A program made the position numbers and the translations under genes. DNA of 64,000 bases, taken from the NCBI GenBank assembly GCA_041662125.1, contig JBAZTA010000004.1, positions 128,343 to 192,342 of the forward strand. The letters are read 5' to 3'. Under the pieces are notes generated by a model. The model was not told the origin of the DNA. It worked only from the letters and a program-made list of their open reading frames with translations, and did not search any database. Below, piece by piece: positions 36,991 through 46,961 of the stretch (its first letter is position 1; each line of letters starts with the position of its first letter). Source of the DNA: Candidatus Omnitrophota bacterium (GTDB lineage: Bacteria; Omnitrophota; Gorgyraeia; Gygaellales; Profunditerraquicolaceae).

Positions 36991-37986
36991 TTATTTTAAT
37001 TCCGAAGCTATTTCTTTTGCATGGTAGGTGATAATAATATCAGCGCCTGCGCGTTTAATAGCGAGCAAAATCTCCCGCACAATCTTTTTCTCATCTATCC
37101 AGCCCAACTTTCCTGCAGCTTTAACCATAGAATATTCTCCGCTCACGTTATAGGCGGCCAAGGGGAATTTAAATTCCTGTTTTATCCTGCTTATTATGTC
37201 TAAGCAGGCAAGCGCCGGTTTAACCATCACGATATCCGCGCCTTCCCGGATATCCAGCGCTACTTCTCTTAACGCCTCGTCAGAGTTTCCGCTGTCCATC
37301 TGATATGAACTTCTGTCGTCAAATTTGGGAGATGATTTTGCCGCCTGGCGGAAGGGAGAGTAGAAAGCGGACGCGTATTTTGCGCTGTAGGCCATAATGG
37401 GTATATTTGTATAATTGGAGCCATCCAGGGCCTTGCGTATTGCGCTTACCTGGCCGTCCATCATTCCGGAAGGAGCAACCATATCGGCTCCTGCTTCTGC
37501 GTGAGAAAGAGAGATCTTCGTCAAAAGGCCCAGGGTTATATCGTTATCAACACTGTGCGAAGGGAAAGCGCTTCTTCCATAATTCTTAACTACTCCGCAG
37601 TGCCCATGGCTCGTATGTTCGCAAAGACAAACATTTGTAATGACCAGTATATCAGAAATCTTTTCTTTCAGGGTAGCTACAGCTCTTTGCATAATCCCTT
37701 CTTTGGCATAAGCTTGGCGCGCCGAGTCATCCTTTTTGGCGGGCACATCAAAAAGCAGAACCGCCGGAATACCTAATTCCTTAGCTTCTTTTACTTCCTT
37801 AACAAGGTTATCTACTGACAACTGTGACTGCCCGGGCATCGAAGGAATGGGGTTTCTTGTATTTTTCCCTTCTGTAACAAAGAAGGGCATGATCAGATTA
37901 TTCACGCTCAAGGTGTTCTCGCGTATCAAGCGCCGAAAATTATTATTCTGTCTTAACCTTCGTGGTCTATAAATAGGGTAATGCAT
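36991..37986 (-). CDS. hemB: Porphobilinogen synthase (delta-aminolevulinic acid dehydratase)
   Basis: HYPIYRPRRLR N-terminus, active-site Lys region IVMVKPA and Cys-rich metal site (CLCEHTSHGHCG). Confidence 0.95.
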   Translation of the reverse strand: MHYPIYRPRRLRQNNNFRRLIRENTLSVNNLIMPFFVTEGKNTRNPIPSMPGQSQLSVDNLVKEVKEAKELGIPAVLLFDVPAKKDDSARQAYAKEGIMQRAVATLKEKISDILVITNVCLCEHTSHGHCGVVKNYGRSAFPSHSVDNDITLGLLTKISLSHAEAGADMVAPSGMMDGQVSAIRKALDGSNYTNIPIMAYSAKYASAFYSPFRQAAKSSPKFDDRSSYQMDSGNSDEALREVALDIREGADIVMVKPALACLDIISRIKQEFKFPLAAYNVSGEYSMVKAAGKLGWIDEKKIVREILLAIKRAGADIIITYHAKEIASELK

Positions 37987-38231
37987 TTTTCACTTTTTTA
38001 TTTTAGGTATTTCGTATTGAAAGATTATTCGTGGCTTAACTGGGGGCTCTTCAACGCCATATAATCAGCCAAAGCGCAAAATACAACCACGTCTTTCCCG
38101 GATAATTTTAGCCAAGATTAATTTAAAGTATATACCAATCACTTTGAGATGGGAAGGGAAATCTTATTGCAAGAAAACCGTATTTGTAATTACCTTGACA
38201 CCGTTGCCGTGCGTAAAGTAAAATATAGTTT

Positions 38232-39884
38232 ATGAGAAGAAAAATCCTGATAAATATAACCTTGGTTTCAGTAATATTGATAACAGCAGCTGTTGTCAGG
38301 TTCGGCGGAATAGATAAATACGACCTATGGTTTGATGAATTAATAACCGACAATTTTTCTTATCAAAATTTAAATAGTATGGCTCGTTGGTCAAAAATGA
38401 CACCTTTAAACTGTTTCTTGGAAGCACTCCAGAATGATAAGCATCCTCCTTTATATTACGGCCTTGTCTATGGCTATAGCGTTTTTGGGGGAAACGGAAA
38501 GTCTTTGAGAGTCTTATCTGCAATATTTAGCTTTTTTTCTTTAGTCATCATTTATTTTTGTGCATGCCTTTTATTTGGCAGAAAAGCCGGCCTTTACGCA
38601 CTAATTATCATGGCTTTAAGCCCATTTCAGATTTGGTATGCTCAAGAAGCGCGCCCCTATGCGTTATCATGCTTCTTTTCTTTACTTTTAATTTTCTTTT
38701 TCTTGAAAGCCTTAAAGACCGGCAAGACAAAATTTTGGTTTTATTTTATACTATCAGCAATTCTTGCAATTTATACAAGCTATTATAATCTTTTTTTAAT
38801 TGTATTCTCCGGACTCAGTTTATTTTTTAAAGTGAATCGGCAACACTTGAAAAGGTGGTTTTTATCAATCACTGCAGTAGGCGTAGCCTTTTTGCCTTTG
38901 CTGCCTCTTTTAAAAATTCAAATGGGATCTCTGGGGGGGAGTTTCTGGCTGCCCCCCTCTGCCGCGCATTCGATGATATTAACTTTTGCTGTTTTTAACC
39001 TTGGATATTCGGCCTCGTTTTTAGAACTAAACGGTGCCCTGAGCTTATCGTGCCTCTTATTTTCTTTAGGAGCATTTGCATATTATCGCTCAAATAAAGA
39101 GGATGCTCTTTTTCTTGTTTCATGGTTTTTGTTGCCGGTTCTGACAATCTATTTAATTTCTCGCGAATTTGTGCCTGTTTTTATCACCAGGCAGCTAATT
39201 ATCTTTACTCCTTTCTGGTATTTATTTATAGCACAGGGAATTGTTTCACTTAAGAATAGAATGTTAAGACAGCTTTCGATTATAGGTATTTGTTTATTAA
39301 TGGTATCTTCACTTGCAGGCTATTATCGCGGCTTTATGTTTATATCTAAATCCAACCTGGAATTCTACGCGGGAGTTCATAAGAAAAAAAATTACAGAAA
39401 TTTATTAGGGAGTGTTTTTAATGCGTATAAGCAAAGAGATGCCATCGTCGTTTCTGACATTCAGTCGCTTGTTCTTACAAGCCCTCTACGCAGGCAGTAT
39501 AAATATTCTATTGATCGGGATTCCTGCGCCTTCATTTTTTATCCGCACGCACTTAGTAACTATGAAAGAAAAATTTTACAAATAGACGGGGTTATCAAGA
39601 ATCTGCCCAAAAAAGAGCAAAAAGATTTATATATTCTTAAACTGCCGAACCGTAGCGCGATACGCCAGATAGACAAGTTTGAAGCTAATAAGGAATATTT
39701 TGACCGGCTATGGCTGATTTCATCGTCGTGGGGAACCGGTTTATCTCTCTCTTGTAATTCTCAGAAGGCGAGAGCATACATGTTGAGAAACTATGAAAAA
39801 ATTGAAGAGTTGCAACATGATGGGATCATCGCGGAACTTTTTAATATTTCAAAAAAGAAGGTTACACAGCCCTGGTCGCATTAA
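38232..39884 (+). CDS. GT-C family glycosyltransferase (ArnT/PMT-like, GT39/GT83-type) with periplasmic C-terminal domain
   Basis: Polytopic membrane protein with a DE motif in the first periplasmic loop (LWFDELITD); about 11 TM helices followed by a soluble C-terminal domain. Confidence 0.7.
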   Translation: MRRKILINITLVSVILITAAVVRFGGIDKYDLWFDELITDNFSYQNLNSMARWSKMTPLNCFLEALQNDKHPPLYYGLVYGYSVFGGNGKSLRVLSAIFSFFSLVIIYFCACLLFGRKAGLYALIIMALSPFQIWYAQEARPYALSCFFSLLLIFFFLKALKTGKTKFWFYFILSAILAIYTSYYNLFLIVFSGLSLFFKVNRQHLKRWFLSITAVGVAFLPLLPLLKIQMGSLGGSFWLPPSAAHSMILTFAVFNLGYSASFLELNGALSLSCLLFSLGAFAYYRSNKEDALFLVSWFLLPVLTIYLISREFVPVFITRQLIIFTPFWYLFIAQGIVSLKNRMLRQLSIIGICLLMVSSLAGYYRGFMFISKSNLEFYAGVHKKKNYRNLLGSVFNAYKQRDAIVVSDIQSLVLTSPLRRQYKYSIDRDSCAFIFYPHALSNYERKILQIDGVIKNLPKKEQKDLYILKLPNRSAIRQIDKFEANKEYFDRLWLISSSWGTGLSLSCNSQKARAYMLRNYEKIEELQHDGIIAELFNISKKKVTQPWSH

Positions 39885-41577
39885 AAACACGGTCTTCGGG
39901 TTGTGGAACAAAATCAGCCAGGGGAACCTCCAGGCTCTCCCTGCACAACCTGCTATCATATTTTCCGCTAACAAAGAGTTCATTAAATAAATATAAATAA
40001 ACCAATTGTAGGATAGGCTCAGAATAAGCTTCGGGTTTTTTACAAATCGTCCGGACATAAGCCTTTCCTACGATTTTCTCAATAAATGTTGTTTGAATGA
40101 TAGCTAATACAGATTTCAAGTCCTCAAACATAAGATATTCTGTATCGGTGCTGCCGCCGTGTTTCCGATGCGCGAAAACACCAGCTACCCTAGGCAAAAC
40201 TAATCGTTCCACAGATTTCTTAAAAAACATTTTCTTTGAATTTAGTTTTCCCAGCTTTTTACTTATCGCTTGCGTAGTTTTATTGATGTAGACATAAAGG
40301 CCCTGCGTACCAAAGCTATTAAGCATAATCCCATTTTTTTTGAGGATAAAGTCGAAATTCGTATCATATGTTGCTTTTACATTCGGTCGTACCCTGGCGA
40401 TTACTTTTCTATGGATCGGTTCATTTTTTTTCTTAATCAAGTAATACACATCGCCAATAATTGATAATTGAACCAGTAGTTTTATTTTCTCTTTAAGCCT
40501 GTCGAATATTGAAATCCGGTTCTGATCCAATATTTGATCAGCGCACTCTCCCAAAAAAACAGCCAGTGCGTTTTTTTCACATAAAACTTTACCCAACGCA
40601 TACTGCAAGAATATGCCCTTTTCAAATACATACCCTTCAAGCCGCCACAAAATATCCGGTAACGCCTGAATAAGCGCGGGGGAGATTATGTGAACTGCGC
40701 TATCAACTGTGCTATAGAACTTAAGAATCTCTTTAACCTGAGGAATCTCATTTTCTTTCTGGCCGCCAATAGTTACGGCGCAAATTTTATCTGCCCCCGA
40801 ATCCTTTAGAGTATGTAAAATAAAATTCGAATCATATCCAGAACTGAGGGCTAAGAAGCGGGTTTTTTGAACCAATGCGCTACACAATATCCTGGCATTA
40901 TCTTGAATTGAGGCTATTAGATTTTCCTTTGCATCAGATAGAGATGGTTGCTCAATTAATGGCTGGCATTTACAAACATTACAAGCGGACCTTTCTACTT
41001 CAAACGAGATGAATGTGTTAGGAACCAACTTTTTTACATGCTTTATGAGGGTTGATTCTCCCGGAACGGTATTTCCGTTAGACAAAAAAGCAAATATAGA
41101 CGTATAATCTAGCTCGCGGATAAATTTTGAGTTATTTAAGAGCAATTTTAAACTCGTGCTAAACGCGAACCCATCCTCGTTATTTAGATAATACAATGGC
41201 AAATTTGACCCGTGGTTATCCTGAAAACACAACCCCTTGCGAAGCTTATTATCAAAAATTATGACCGTGAATATTCCATCTAGCTTGTCAATGAATTTGA
41301 TCCCTTCCAAACGGTATAACTCTTCAACAACAGCCACATCATCACAAAGGTCAATTTTTATCTGTTTCTTAATCTTACTTAAATTCGAAATATAGCCGAT
41401 GAGAGCGCATAGAATATCAGTTTTTTCATTATAAAAAAAAGGATTTTTACCATGCTTAAGCGCAACAATCCGATTGATGTATAAGTCTATCCAGGTGTTT
41501 CTAAAATGATTACATTCCCGTATTTCTTGACCAACATCCGCTTTTGCCCAGTTTACTTTGCCATAAATGTAATTCAT
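39862..41577 (-). CDS. Asparagine synthetase-like PP-loop amidotransferase (AsnB family; N-terminus lacks the canonical Cys2)
   Basis: PP-loop SGGxDS variant (LALSSGYDSNF) in the central synthetase domain. The N-terminus MNYIYGKV has no MCG nucleophile. Confidence 0.65.
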   Translation of the reverse strand: MNYIYGKVNWAKADVGQEIRECNHFRNTWIDLYINRIVALKHGKNPFFYNEKTDILCALIGYISNLSKIKKQIKIDLCDDVAVVEELYRLEGIKFIDKLDGIFTVIIFDNKLRKGLCFQDNHGSNLPLYYLNNEDGFAFSTSLKLLLNNSKFIRELDYTSIFAFLSNGNTVPGESTLIKHVKKLVPNTFISFEVERSACNVCKCQPLIEQPSLSDAKENLIASIQDNARILCSALVQKTRFLALSSGYDSNFILHTLKDSGADKICAVTIGGQKENEIPQVKEILKFYSTVDSAVHIISPALIQALPDILWRLEGYVFEKGIFLQYALGKVLCEKNALAVFLGECADQILDQNRISIFDRLKEKIKLLVQLSIIGDVYYLIKKKNEPIHRKVIARVRPNVKATYDTNFDFILKKNGIMLNSFGTQGLYVYINKTTQAISKKLGKLNSKKMFFKKSVERLVLPRVAGVFAHRKHGGSTDTEYLMFEDLKSVLAIIQTTFIEKIVGKAYVRTICKKPEAYSEPILQLVYLYLFNELFVSGKYDSRLCRESLEVPLADFVPQPEDRVFNATRAV

Positions 41578-41836
41578 AAAACCTCTATGTTTTTTGGCAA
41601 CAACTCTGTCTTAAGCTTTTTCAGATTGGGGTACCGTTAATGCCTTACACCTATCCGTGCTCATAGCGCGAAGAAATAATACTATAAACACATTAACAAT
41701 AAGAATAATGAGTAAACAAATAAAAAATATGCCCATGCCATTTACTTAAATCTAAACAATCTCTTGCTAAAGAATTGCTAGAACCAAAAAATCCGTATGC
41801 ACCCATTACTGCTATAATTATAAATATTCTTTATTA

Positions 41837-42946
41837 TTAATATTTCAGGGTTTTAAAGAATGAATATAATTCTTGCGCAATCCAGCTATGCCCTTCTGGA
41901 CTCAAGTGAAATTCCTCCGGAATAAATATTCTTAATGGATTGTCCTCTTTCTGTAAATTCGAAAACAAATCTAAAAATTTTATATCATATTCAAGCGCAA
42001 TACGTTTTACATAATTTGACGCGTTCCCTGGTTGATACAAATCATTTCTCAATTCATGATTAAATTCCATTTTCGTGGGCATTACAGTTAAAATCAACTT
42101 ACATTTCTTTTGAATACATAAATTGTTTATTTCTAACAAGGTTGCTTTAAACAGGTCGTAGGATTTTTTAACTTCATCAGGAACCTCTTTCAAAAACAAG
42201 GGGGCATCGATTGAGGGTGCTCCAGCTATATGCCAGAAAACGGTAAAATGGGAAAAGATATTATCAAAATTACCAAAGGTTGTTTTTAACATTTCTTTCT
42301 GTAAGAATTGATAAAATGAAGACCGATTAGAAAGAAACCAGCAAAAACGTTCTTTCCAGGACACAGAAGGAAATTTATTACGCTTCAATGAATTGTTCGC
42401 GCCTAAAACAAAAAAACCTTTTACGTATGTCGCCCTAATATCATTGGGTGCTATTATTAAAAATATATAATCCGGCCTATACTTCGTCCCTTCATTCTGC
42501 AAAAATAATAATTCCTGATCAGTAGCCCATGCAGAGCACGAAATATTCATCACGTCATATTCGTTGCGAACATTAATCTTTTGTGCAAAAAGCTTAGTGA
42601 ATATCTCTTCATCCGATACAAAATCTCCCGCAGTATAAGAATCGCCCAAGAACATTATTCTTTTTATAGCTTCGTCTTTTTTAATAGAGTGCTCTTTATC
42701 TCTAAAGCCGATGCTATTAGTAGAAAAACTAATGGTTTTCTTGCGCGCCATTGAATATCGTCTAACACGAAGACCCTTTACAAATCGCCATCCTAAGTTT
42801 TTGTCATACGCTATTCCAGAAGGTTTGTATTGCGAGTTGATCCTGAATAGGACTTCTGCTGCCAGAAGAATTGAGAATATATAAAAGGCAGATACAATGA
42901 GTATAGTGGTAATTTTAAGAATTTTCGATGAATTCATAAAAAACAT
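41837..42946 (-). CDS. Membrane-anchored SGNH/GDSL hydrolase family protein
   Basis: N-terminal TM helix; block I MFLGDSYTAGDF. Confidence 0.7.
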   Translation of the reverse strand: MFFMNSSKILKITTILIVSAFYIFSILLAAEVLFRINSQYKPSGIAYDKNLGWRFVKGLRVRRYSMARKKTISFSTNSIGFRDKEHSIKKDEAIKRIMFLGDSYTAGDFVSDEEIFTKLFAQKINVRNEYDVMNISCSAWATDQELLFLQNEGTKYRPDYIFLIIAPNDIRATYVKGFFVLGANNSLKRNKFPSVSWKERFCWFLSNRSSFYQFLQKEMLKTTFGNFDNIFSHFTVFWHIAGAPSIDAPLFLKEVPDEVKKSYDLFKATLLEINNLCIQKKCKLILTVMPTKMEFNHELRNDLYQPGNASNYVKRIALEYDIKFLDLFSNLQKEDNPLRIFIPEEFHLSPEGHSWIAQELYSFFKTLKY

Positions 42947-43191
42947 CCTTGTGAAAGTAAAACAGCGCAGCGCCTAAGAAGTTTTACCAAAAGAAGCGAT
43001 AAGCAAAAGAGAAGATGCTTCCCGGGATTTTCGCATTATAAAAACAGTTTCAGTATAGCACTAGCCTTGAAAAATGCCAGGGAACTTAGCGGGAGATACT
43101 ATAATAAACTCTAATTGGCTTGACTATCGGGATATGTGCAGTAAAATAAAATTGGTGTTTGGTGTAAAATAAAGCTTAAAAGGAGGGTGCC

Positions 43192-43677
43192 ATGCTGAAA
43201 AATAAATTATTATTAATTTTATTTCCTTGCCTACTTTTAAGTTTATGTTTCAATTCTGTTTTTGCACAGCAAAACAATGATACTCAAGAGATACAAGAGG
43301 TTATTGAAAGATTTCTTATGGCTTTTGCAAATAATGACCTTGAATATCTAATGCAGCAATTTTCGCCAAATTATTTGGGTGAATCTGAAAATAAACCCAT
43401 GGATTTCGAAGGACTTAAATCTTTTTATAAAGATTTAATGGCCAAGTTCTTTGAGAATAATGAAGGTTATACGTATAGTGATGTGAAGATAAGCAATCTT
43501 GACATAAAAGACGATAAAGCGACTCTAGAATTAGAATCTAAACATAAGATATTGATCTTGGGGACCGCAAAAGCAGAAGTTTCTGTAAAACACAGGAAAA
43601 TAAGCCTGGTTAAAGAAAATGGCTCGTGGAAGATTGTAAATATTGTAACTTTAAAAATTTCAACGCCATCGTCTTAA
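43192..43677 (+). CDS. Secreted NTF2-like (SnoaL/DUF4440-like) protein
   Basis: Signal peptide; EVIERFLMAFANNDLEYLMQQFSPNY is typical of NTF2-fold proteins. Confidence 0.5.
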   Translation: MLKNKLLLILFPCLLLSLCFNSVFAQQNNDTQEIQEVIERFLMAFANNDLEYLMQQFSPNYLGESENKPMDFEGLKSFYKDLMAKFFENNEGYTYSDVKISNLDIKDDKATLELESKHKILILGTAKAEVSVKHRKISLVKENGSWKIVNIVTLKISTPSS

Positions 43678-43865
43678 GAAAGGCTTCGATAATTATCTTT
43701 TTAGTTTTTTTGTCCGCCTTGTTTTTCTCCGCTTATTACTCAAAAACGATTGCTTACTATTCCAAAAATCACCGAGGGATTCTATCTCTAATCTAGAAAA
43801 TTTCTTGATATGAGAAGGTATTACGGATATAATACACTTTGTAAATAAGAGATAACTTGCCGTAG

Positions 43866-43930
43866 TGTTACGGGCAAGGGCTATTCTTCTGCGCCCTCCT
43901 GTAAGTAAAGTTGTGGTAGGGCTTCGAAGA
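43866..43930 (+). repeat. Solitary copy of the tRNA-linked element (GGCTATTCTTCTGCGCCCTCCTGTAAGTAAAGTTGTGGTAGGGCTTCGAAGAAATG)
   Basis: About 90% identical to the unit at 22687-22745; preceded by a hairpin CTTGCCG-TAGTGTTA-CGGGCAAG. Confidence 0.65.
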
Positions 43931-43975
43931 AATGGCAGTAGTCTTAATTTGAGAAGGGGGCCTTTTCAATAGGAT

Positions 43976-44371
43976 ATGAAATTCCAGAAAGGGATAATTC
44001 TTTTCGGCATTATTGAAATCTGTATCGGTATGTTCATGTTCTGTGATACTTTTGTATACATGCTTGCCGGCAAACCCGCCAGGCCTCCCGAAGTTGTCAC
44101 GTTCATTTTAACCACTTCTTTAATCTCCGCTGGCCTTGGTGTCGGGATATTACGTTACCATATCCATAGCTACCATCTCCTTTTGTTCTTTTCTTGCGTC
44201 ATCATATTGAGTAAGATCCTTATTTTCGGGCATATTATTAGTTTAAACGACGCGTTAGAAACGCAGTTCCCGTTTACGCCCAGGAATATTGTCTCTATTA
44301 TGTATCATGGGATCCTGATCGCCTATTTTATTCACCCTGTAATTAAAAAACGATTTAAGGAAATAGTATGA
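43976..44371 (+). CDS. Hypothetical polytopic membrane protein (131 aa)
   Basis: Four hydrophobic helices; overlaps the start of the next gene. Confidence 0.45.
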   Translation: MKFQKGIILFGIIEICIGMFMFCDTFVYMLAGKPARPPEVVTFILTTSLISAGLGVGILRYHIHSYHLLLFFSCVIILSKILIFGHIISLNDALETQFPFTPRNIVSIMYHGILIAYFIHPVIKKRFKEIV

Positions 44372-46638
44372 TGCGGTGGCTACCCGGAAAAAATTTTTGG
44401 TTGCGTTTAGATGGCATCCTTGAAAAAGCAGTGATTTTCGGCTTGTTTTGTTTGATCTTTCTTTTAGTCCACAAAGCGGTTTTTGACCTGGATATATGGC
44501 TGCATTTGAAAGCGGGCGAATTGATCGTCCAGCAAGGGAGAGTCCCGCATAGTGATGTTTTTTCATTCCCGCTTAATGGCAAGCCCTGGCTTGACCATGA
44601 GTGGCTTTTCCAGGTCGCAGTATATTTTGTATATACGAAGTGGCAGGCTGATGGGCTGGTCTTAATGCAATCGTGCTTGATCATGCTCTCGTTTTGGGTG
44701 TTATTTTTAATAGGCCGCCGGTCAGCGAAGTCGTATCTGGAGATCGTTTTCTTGATTTTTATGGTAGCGTATGCCTCTTACACGCGCTACAATATCCGGC
44801 CTGATATGATCAGCCTGCTTTTCTTTGTTCTGTTCTATTATGCCCTGATGTTCTACAGAAACAAAAAAACAATTTGGCTGCTTTTGCCTCTGCAGGTTAT
44901 TTGGGTGAATTGCCATGGATATTTTTTCCTGGGACCGCTCCTGATCTTTTTCTTCATTTTTGCCGAATTTGTCCGGCGAAACAGCCCTTGGCTTCCTTTC
45001 CATTGGAAAGAAGAAGGTGCCGTATCCAATAAAACTTATGATCGGTTAAAGAAGTTGTTATGCTTGGCGGTAGTGTTTTGTTTAGTTAACCCCTATGGCG
45101 TACGCGGCGCGTTATACCCGTTTTTTGTGGTTAAAGAGCTTTTGTTGGGCAAGGTGGGAATTTTCTTAAAGCATATTCATGAGCTGTATCCGACATGGAC
45201 AAGGGGTAACGTGTTGGCGAACTTTCTTTACTTTAAGGTTTTAACGGTGTTTTGTGTCGTTACTGTAGCGGCTCATTTTCGGCGGTTAAAAATTATCGAA
45301 GCTATACTTATTGTTTTCTTTTTCCTGTTTGCGCTTTCGATGCGCAATATCCCGTTCTTCGCGGTTATCTGCTATTGTATCATTATTACTTATATCAGCG
45401 GCAGTATGACGTTGGTATTGACTAAACTTCAGAGGCGGTTTCGTTTGAAAAGCAGCGTTTTCGTGATCGCCCGCGTCTTGATTGCCTGCGCATTTATTCT
45501 CTTAGTTTGGCAGCGTATTCAGGGGATCCTTGACCAGAGCTACTATGATTTTGACAGCTATGAGTTTAAGAGTTTTCTTTCAGGGGTCGATACCCGTCAA
45601 TATCCCGAGAAAGCGGTTACATTTGTATTGGAAAATAATTTTCCCGCGCGAATGTTCAATGATTTTAATTCGGGCGCATATTTTATCGGGAAGACGTTCC
45701 CCCGCCGCAAAGTTTTTATTGACGGCCGCACCGAACTTTACGGCCCGGAATTCTTTAAGCAATATGTGAATATGCTTGATAATGAGGGGGCTGCTTTTGA
45801 TACCGCGGAAAAAACATATCGTTTGGAGGCAGCCTTCATAGAAATTTTAGCAGGCAATTTCCCGGCATTGATTAAACGTTTGTATAAAAGCCCGCAATGG
45901 AAATTGGTGTATTTTGATGACCGGGCAGTTGTTTTTCTGAAAGACACATCATCTAACCGCGTGTTGTTGCAGAAGTTTGGCATTGATCTGCGCGGGTATT
46001 CTTTCCCCCAAGCCGATGTGCGTAAGGTAGGCGCAAAACAGTTATATCCTACGGTACAAATGCAGCTGGCAGCATTATTTAACTTCCTTGAAATCGATGA
46101 TTTGGTGGTGGCCGGTGCCCGTGAGGCTTTGCGCATTATGCCTCATTGCGCTGAAGCGTATACCTTGTTAGGTAAAGTCAATATGCGTAAAAAGCAATAC
46201 GCCCAAGCGTATGAAAATTTTCGCATAGCCGCGGTATATTTGCCAAGGGTTCCCGGGATATTAGTTGATTTGGGCGAAAGTTTGTGTGAGTTAGATGATA
46301 CGAAAAGCGCGCTTACTTATTTTGAACGCGCCCTTAAAGGAAACGCCCTGTATGCTCCGGCGTATCATGGTTTGGGTTGTGTGTATTTGAAGCAGGATAA
46401 CGTGGAAAAGGCCTTGAAAGTTTTGCGCCGGGCAGTACAGCTTGAAGCGAAAGAGCCAAAATATTATCTTAAGCTTGGCGAAGCTTTGTTTGAAAAAGCC
46501 CGAAAAACCGGCGGCGCCGCCATTTTCTTGGAAGCTAAAAAGCAGCTTGATAAAGCGTTAGAGCTGTCCGTCGATAAAGAAGAATTAAAAAAAGACATCT
46601 TGGCCGCGCAAGAAAAGGTGAAAGCGGCCGGCTTTTAA
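44368..46638 (+). CDS. Large polytopic membrane protein with C-terminal TPR repeats (756 aa); possible GT-C-type glycosyltransferase or polymerase
   Basis: At least ten TM helices in the N-terminal 400 aa (loop motif LDHEWLF); C-terminal soluble region with at least four TPR repeats. Confidence 0.6.
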   Translation: MMRWLPGKNFWLRLDGILEKAVIFGLFCLIFLLVHKAVFDLDIWLHLKAGELIVQQGRVPHSDVFSFPLNGKPWLDHEWLFQVAVYFVYTKWQADGLVLMQSCLIMLSFWVLFLIGRRSAKSYLEIVFLIFMVAYASYTRYNIRPDMISLLFFVLFYYALMFYRNKKTIWLLLPLQVIWVNCHGYFFLGPLLIFFFIFAEFVRRNSPWLPFHWKEEGAVSNKTYDRLKKLLCLAVVFCLVNPYGVRGALYPFFVVKELLLGKVGIFLKHIHELYPTWTRGNVLANFLYFKVLTVFCVVTVAAHFRRLKIIEAILIVFFFLFALSMRNIPFFAVICYCIIITYISGSMTLVLTKLQRRFRLKSSVFVIARVLIACAFILLVWQRIQGILDQSYYDFDSYEFKSFLSGVDTRQYPEKAVTFVLENNFPARMFNDFNSGAYFIGKTFPRRKVFIDGRTELYGPEFFKQYVNMLDNEGAAFDTAEKTYRLEAAFIEILAGNFPALIKRLYKSPQWKLVYFDDRAVVFLKDTSSNRVLLQKFGIDLRGYSFPQADVRKVGAKQLYPTVQMQLAALFNFLEIDDLVVAGAREALRIMPHCAEAYTLLGKVNMRKKQYAQAYENFRIAAVYLPRVPGILVDLGESLCELDDTKSALTYFERALKGNALYAPAYHGLGCVYLKQDNVEKALKVLRRAVQLEAKEPKYYLKLGEALFEKARKTGGAAIFLEAKKQLDKALELSVDKEELKKDILAAQEKVKAAGF

Positions 46639-46666
46639 AGATTTCTCTTGCCTTTTAAGAAAAAGT

Positions 46667-46945
46667 ATGGTACAAAATGAAAAAATAGAGAGAGGATTCA
46701 TGCGGAAATATATAGGATTTTTTACCATATCCAGCATAGTTATAAAAATACTTGCCTGGATTTTTTTATGCCTTGGTATTTTGGCAGGCGTTGCAGTGTT
46801 CTATCGGCCGGTGCCGGGATATACCTGGATATCAGGGGCATTTGTTTTGGGTATCTACGGTTTTATCGCTTTTTTATTGTATTTGCTGGGGCTTCTCTCA
46901 GGTGTAGCAGCCAAAATTATTGATAAGATCGAAAAAAGTGAATAA
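46667..46945 (+). CDS. Small membrane protein (92 aa)
   Basis: Two TM helices. Confidence 0.4.
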   Translation: MVQNEKIERGFMRKYIGFFTISSIVIKILAWIFLCLGILAGVAVFYRPVPGYTWISGAFVLGIYGFIAFLLYLLGLLSGVAAKIIDKIEKSE

Positions 46946-46961
46946 TCAGAAGGAGGATAGT

